Both the position numbers and the translations under genes were made by a program. A stretch of 31,388 nt of DNA from Comamonadaceae bacterium (GTDB taxonomy: Bacteria; Pseudomonadota; Gammaproteobacteria; Burkholderiales; Burkholderiaceae_C), in assembly GCA_031430155.1 (NCBI GenBank), contig JANPAY010000356.1:1-31388 (forward strand), in the 5' to 3' direction. Position 1 is the first letter of the stretch. Each line of letters begins with the position of its first letter. The notes beneath the pieces were generated by a model, which ran no database searches, had not been told where the DNA came from, and was given only the letters and a program-made list of their open reading frames with translations. Below, piece by piece: positions 27,585 through 31,388 of this stretch.

Positions 27585-27926
27585 TCAACTGCCAGACTGC
27601 TGTTGCGGGTCGCGTGAGTTCTCTGTACGGATGACCACTTTGTCTGGATCGAAAACGGCGCTAAAAATCATGGCTTCGTTCATGCTGTTGCGCCAGCGCC
27701 AGTGGTAGTTGAGCTCGCTTGGCTTTAGCGGGTAAGTGACCGTGTGGTGTGGCTTGCCGAGGATTTGGATGACTTCGATTTCCAACATGCCTGCTTTAAT
27801 TTTTTCAAAATTCTCTGGCTGCAAGCGTTTTCGTTCGGCTTCCCACGCGGCTGGATCGCAGCCAATTAAAGCGAGTAATGATGAGATCAATCCCATAGCG
27901 GCGAAGCTCCTTTTGGTGAGGGTCAT
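27585..27926 (-). CDS. SmpA/OmlA (BamE-like) domain lipoprotein, paralog 2
   Basis: Lipobox LIGC; NFEKIKAGM..EVIQILGKP...YPLKP...WRWRN. Start 27926 avoids overlap with the upstream stop. Confidence 0.72.
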   Translation of the reverse strand: MTLTKRSFAAMGLISSLLALIGCDPAAWEAERKRLQPENFEKIKAGMLEIEVIQILGKPHHTVTYPLKPSELNYHWRWRNSMNEAMIFSAVFDPDKVVIRTENSRDPQQQSGS

Positions 27927-27928
27927 AT

Positions 27929-28282
27929 TTAGTTCCAAGTTGCACTCATGCTCTTACGGTCATGCAGATCGCGCCATGTTTCGGTACGAATCACGCGATT
28001 ATCTTTATCCAATACGGTACCAAACATCATGCCTTCGTCTGCATCGTTACGCCACTTCCAGTTGTTGTAAGCTTCGTCGGGTTTGAGTGGGTAAACCGTT
28101 GTGTTCCAAGGTTCACCCAAGATGCGCCATACCTCAGCTTGCGACATGCCGGTTTTGACAGACTCCATCATGAGTACAGAGAGCACGCGGTAGCGCTCTG
28201 ACGTAGAGGTGGATACAGCACAAGCTTGCAAGCCAAGAAAAAGCGCCAATAATGCCGTACCAGCGATGTGTTTGATCTTCAT
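27929..28282 (-). CDS. SmpA/OmlA (BamE-like) domain lipoprotein, paralog 1
   Basis: Lipobox LQAC; VKTGMSQAEVWRILGEP...YPLKP...WKWRN. GAGGGG RBS 6 nt before ATG 28282. Confidence 0.72.
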   Translation of the reverse strand: MKIKHIAGTALLALFLGLQACAVSTSTSERYRVLSVLMMESVKTGMSQAEVWRILGEPWNTTVYPLKPDEAYNNWKWRNDADEGMMFGTVLDKDNRVIRTETWRDLHDRKSMSATWN

Positions 28283-28330
28283 TGCCATCCCCTCGGTAAA
28301 ATGCTACTTTAACCCCGAAACCCTGTGACT

Positions 28331-28531
28331 ATGAATATCTTTCGCCGCGCCGACTACCAATCTGAAACCACGCAGTTTATTGACCAGCTTAAAGCGGTCA
28401 AACCAACGCTAGAAGCCGAGCAAATGGCAGGCCGTGCTTTGCTATGGGATAAGGCGATTAACCGTGATGCCGCTGCCGATATCGCCTCAGGTCGTGTAGC
28501 ACAAAAACCCTACGTTTACGGCTCTAAATAA
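28331..28531 (+). CDS. DUF3460-like small protein
   Basis: YQSETTQFIDQLK...GRALLWDK...VAQKPYVY; directly upstream of scpA. Confidence 0.78.
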   Translation: MNIFRRADYQSETTQFIDQLKAVKPTLEAEQMAGRALLWDKAINRDAAADIASGRVAQKPYVYGSK

Positions 28532-28533
28532 AC

Positions 28534-29361
28534 ATGCAATCTGAGCTGGATGTTGTCGATCAGGTTGCGCTAGCCAAGCTCTATGGCGAGCCGCTGTTCG
28601 CCATGCCACAGGATCTCTATATCCCGCCCGATGCGCTAGAGGTTTTTTTAGAGGCTTTCGAAGGCCCGCTGGATTTACTGCTTTACCTCATCCGCAAGCA
28701 AAATTTCAATATCCTCGACATTCCGATGGCGGCGCTGACCAAGCAGTACCTTGGCTATGTCGAAGAGATTCGTAATCACAACTTAGAGCTTGCTGCCGAG
28801 TATTTGCTCATGGCTGCGATGCTGATTGAAATCAAATCGCGCATGTTGCTGCCACCTAAGCCGACAGCGGATGGGGGCGAAGGTGAAGATCCACGTGCCG
28901 AGCTCACGCGTCGCCTGCTTGCGTATGAGGAAACCAAGCTGCAAGCCGCGCAGATTAACGAGATGCCTCAGCTTGGGCGTGATTTTTTACGCACACAAGT
29001 ATTTATCGAGCAGTCACTCGCACCGCGCTGGCCAGAGGTTCATGCCGTAGATTTGCGCGAAGCTTGGGCAGACTTGATTCGCCGTGCCAAGTTGGTCACC
29101 AACCACAAGATTTCGCGCGAGGCTCTATCGGTGCGCGAGTACATGAGCCATTTGCTGCGTCAGCTTACCGAACACTTGCAAAGCGGTCGTCCATTTGCGT
29201 CGTTTGAGAGCCTGTTTAACCCAGCAAAGGGTGTCCCCGTCCTCGTGGTGACCTTTGTCGCGATGCTTGAGTTGTCGCGTGAAGCGCTGATTGAGGTCAC
29301 ACAAGCCGAGGCGTTTGCCCCGATTTATGTGCGCCTAGCTTATTCCCCAATTGAAGCTTAG
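28534..29361 (+). CDS. scpA: Segregation and condensation protein A
   Basis: FEGPLDLLLYLIRK, AAEYLLMAAMLIEIKSRMLLP, EDPRAEL and VTFVAMLEL motifs. Confidence 0.94.
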   Translation: MQSELDVVDQVALAKLYGEPLFAMPQDLYIPPDALEVFLEAFEGPLDLLLYLIRKQNFNILDIPMAALTKQYLGYVEEIRNHNLELAAEYLLMAAMLIEIKSRMLLPPKPTADGGEGEDPRAELTRRLLAYEETKLQAAQINEMPQLGRDFLRTQVFIEQSLAPRWPEVHAVDLREAWADLIRRAKLVTNHKISREALSVREYMSHLLRQLTEHLQSGRPFASFESLFNPAKGVPVLVVTFVAMLELSREALIEVTQAEAFAPIYVRLAYSPIEA

Positions 29362-29391
29362 GCAAACAAAGGGGTTCTTCAATCGTTTGCC
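29361..29391. repeat. Hairpin across the convergent scpA/secB stops, containing a 15-mer identical to the end of the rsmD element
   Basis: GGCAAAC (29361-29367) / GTTTGCC (29385-29391). ACAAAGGGGTTCTTC at 29366-29380 is identical to 14874-14888. Confidence 0.55.
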
Positions 29392-29882
29392 GCTGGGGTG
29401 CTTTGTAGCGAATTTTGCAGATCGGTTTGCTGCTGCTCGTACATCGCTTGGAAGTTGACTTCGGACAGATGCACAGGGGGAAAGCCTGCACGATTGATGG
29501 CATCAGCCACGTTGCTGCGTAAATATGGGTAGATGATTTGCGGGCAAGCAATACCTAAAATGGGACCCATTTGGTCATTGGATAGATTGCGAATTTCAAA
29601 AATTGCCGCCTGCTTGGCTTCAATCAAAAATACGGTTTTATCTTTGAGCGAGGTGTGTACATTGGCTGTCACGCTGACTTCAAAAATACCTTCAAACACA
29701 GGCAAAGTTTCTATGCTGAGCTGAATATCAAGCTGCGGCTGCTCTGTCTCTAAAAAAATCGCTGGCGAGTTCGGTTGCTCAAGCGAGAGCTCCTTCAAAT
29801 ACACGCGCTGAATTTGGAAAACGGGTTCAAGCGTCGCAGCATCAGACGGATTAGGCTGGGGTGTTGTTTTTGCGGTTGTCAT
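29379..29882 (-). CDS. secB: Protein-export chaperone SecB
   Basis: [29 protein letters not shown] and [12 protein letters not shown] motifs. Confidence 0.95.
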   Translation of the reverse strand: MTTAKTTPQPNPSDAATLEPVFQIQRVYLKELSLEQPNSPAIFLETEQPQLDIQLSIETLPVFEGIFEVSVTANVHTSLKDKTVFLIEAKQAAIFEIRNLSNDQMGPILGIACPQIIYPYLRSNVADAINRAGFPPVHLSEVNFQAMYEQQQTDLQNSLQSTPAAND

Positions 29883-29895
29883 GAGTTGAACTAAG

Positions 29896-30156
29896 TTAGT
29901 TGGAATTCAAAAGAGGAACGAGCTCGCCAGCTTTGTCGAGTGCGATGAGGTCATCACAACCGCCGACATGGGTACCGCCAATGTAGATTTGCGGTACGGT
30001 GCGCTTGCCCGTTGTCTCCATCATGTGGGCGCGAGCAGCGGGATCGGTATCAATTCTCACTTCGTCAATGTAGTCTACGCCTTTGGATTTCAGGATTTGC
30101 TTAGCGCGGATGCAAAACGGGCAAACCGCAGTGGTGTACATCTTGACGGCTTGCAT
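29896..30156 (-). CDS. grxC: Glutaredoxin 3
   Basis: CPFC active site, TVPQIYI and GGCDDL motifs. Confidence 0.95.
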   Translation of the reverse strand: MQAVKMYTTAVCPFCIRAKQILKSKGVDYIDEVRIDTDPAARAHMMETTGKRTVPQIYIGGTHVGGCDDLIALDKAGELVPLLNSN

Positions 30157-30160
30157 GGAT

Positions 30161-30565
30161 TTATGCTTTCTGGATAGGCATATTGGCGTCGCGCCAAGCC
30201 TTGAGACCGCCTGTTAAATTTTGCGCTGCGGTGTAACCCATTTTTTTTGCTGCGGCTGCGGCTGTTGCTGAGCGTTTACCCATAGGGCAAATGAAAATGA
30301 TGGGCGTGTCTTTCTTTTTGACCGCGATAGCTAGCTTGGCTTCTAGTTCGTTCAGTTGGATATTTTTAGCGCCATTGGCATGCGCAGCAGCGAATTCGTC
30401 AGGGTTGCTCACGTCAATTAAAACGCCACGTTCGCGGTTAATCAGCTGCACTGCCATCGCTGCAGTTAAGCCGGCTTTGCTCTCTTTAATAAGTGGCCAA
30501 ATAAGCAGTCCACCAGAGGTGAGTGCAACAAGAATTAAGTGCCAGTTCTCGGATAAAAATTTCAC
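30161..30565 (-). CDS. Rhodanese-like domain protein (YibN-like)
   Basis: N-terminal TM helix; LIDVS..DEFAAAH, CPMGKRS and GGLKAW motifs. Probable GTG start at 30565. Confidence 0.88.
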   Translation of the reverse strand: MKFLSENWHLILVALTSGGLLIWPLIKESKAGLTAAMAVQLINRERGVLIDVSNPDEFAAAHANGAKNIQLNELEAKLAIAVKKKDTPIIFICPMGKRSATAAAAAKKMGYTAAQNLTGGLKAWRDANMPIQKA

Positions 30566-30632
30566 GCAATTGCTTTCGAAGTAAGGTTTTTTTATGTGTG
30601 GTGGCGAAGGCAAACGCCAGGCTGCGGTAAGA

Positions 30633-30717
<85 letters not shown>

Positions 30718-30732
30718 ATCTCAGGAAATCAA

Positions 30733-30745
30733 GCCGCAGATTGTA
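30733..30745 (-). promoter_or_regulatory. Putative tRNA promoter -10 box with GC-rich discriminator
   Basis: TACAAT (30740-30745, minus strand) followed by CTGCGGC, typical of stable-RNA promoters. Confidence 0.55.
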
Positions 30746-30794
30746 TCAGCCCCCACGTTTTGGAGGGGGCATCTTCTACGATTAACCTCTCATT

Positions 30795-31388
30795 ATGAAA
30801 ACAAAAATCGAAAGCTCGCAAGAATCCGCAGGATTACTCTCAGAATTTAAAGGCACCGTCCTCGGACACCGCGACGGACATGGCTTTGTGCAGCGCGACG
30901 ATGGTGGTGCCGATGTCTATTTGGCGATGAATGAAATGCGCGCCGTACTGCATGGTGACAGCGTGCTGGTGCGCATCCAAAGGCTTGACCGAAAGGGTCG
31001 TCCCGAAGGGCATGTGCTGGACATTTTGAGTCGCCCCGAGCGCTCCATCATCGGTCGCCTACTCAACGAAGGCGGGGTTTGGGTCGTTGCACCCGAAGAC
31101 AAACGCTACGGACAAGATATTTTGATTCCTAAGCTCACCAAAGCACAGGCGGACGAATGGACGGGCAAGGTCGTCGTGATTAGCTTGACCGAGAAGCCCG
31201 CGCTCTTTGCGCAGCCGATTGGGAAAATAACCGAAGTGCTAGGCGCGGCAGATGACCCAGGCATGGAAATTGAAATCGCCGTACGCAAGTTTGATGTGCC
31301 GCATTTGTTTAGTGAGGCGTGCCTTAAAGCCGCCAAAGCCTTACCAGATAAGGTGTTGCCGAAAGATAAAAAAGGTCGTGTTGATTTA
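30795..31388 (+). CDS. rnr: Ribonuclease R, N-terminal part (runs off the window)
   Basis: Hand translation from ATG 30795: GTVLGHRDGHGFV...MRAVLHGD...DRKGRPEG...APEDKRYGQDILI...DDPGMEIEIAVRKFDVPHLF. Open to the window end; not in the ORF track. Confidence 0.93.
   Translation, partial: MKTKIESSQESAGLLSEFKGTVLGHRDGHGFVQRDDGGADVYLAMNEMRAVLHGDSVLVRIQRLDRKGRPEGHVLDILSRPERSIIGRLLNEGGVWVVAPEDKRYGQDILIPKLTKAQADEWTGKVVVISLTEKPALFAQPIGKITEVLGAADDPGMEIEIAVRKFDVPHLFSEACLKAAKALPDKVLPKDKKGRVDL

Noticed and set aside
30749-30770. GCCCCC-N10-GGGGGC hairpin between the tRNA and rnr
   Set aside because: Only 6 bp with no U-tract, and it lies between divergent genes where no terminator is needed; cannot be told from chance.

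Overview
Chromosomal housekeeping region of a betaproteobacterium. Protein signatures and gene neighbourhoods suggest Burkholderiales/Comamonadaceae (inference). The region is very tightly packed, with many 1-4 bp stop/start overlaps. Gene order: partial Tat-exported dienelactone-hydrolase-family gene (missed by the ORF track), exported hypothetical protein and ArsC/YffB-family gene (all minus); PLP aminotransferase; sdhCDAB-sdhE-gltA running without a break into yqgE-yqgF-pyrR-pyrB-pyrC'-acyltransferase-Nudix-tusA; a convergent apbC-rsmD-coaD-yfhL unit; a formate dehydrogenase cluster (DUF3305, DUF3306, polyferredoxin, TorD-type chaperone, Tat mini-protein, fdhA, fdhB, lipoprotein, fdhC, small secreted protein, terminator); metG; two tandem paralogous BamE/SmpA-like lipoproteins; DUF3460-scpA; rhodanese-grxC-secB; tRNA-Leu(CAG); partial rnr. 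I found no integrase, transposase, CRISPR array or defence system. The most unusual signals are: (i) REP-like palindromic DNA elements translated in frame inside rsmD and metG, with a matching remnant at the scpA/secB junction; (ii) an HdrA/MvhD-like, apparently flavin-less polyferredoxin in an FDH maturation module that lacks fdhD; (iii) back-to-back divergent promoters whose -10 boxes sit 6-8 nt from the ATG, predicting leaderless mRNAs. Family assignments come from motif recognition, not database searches.
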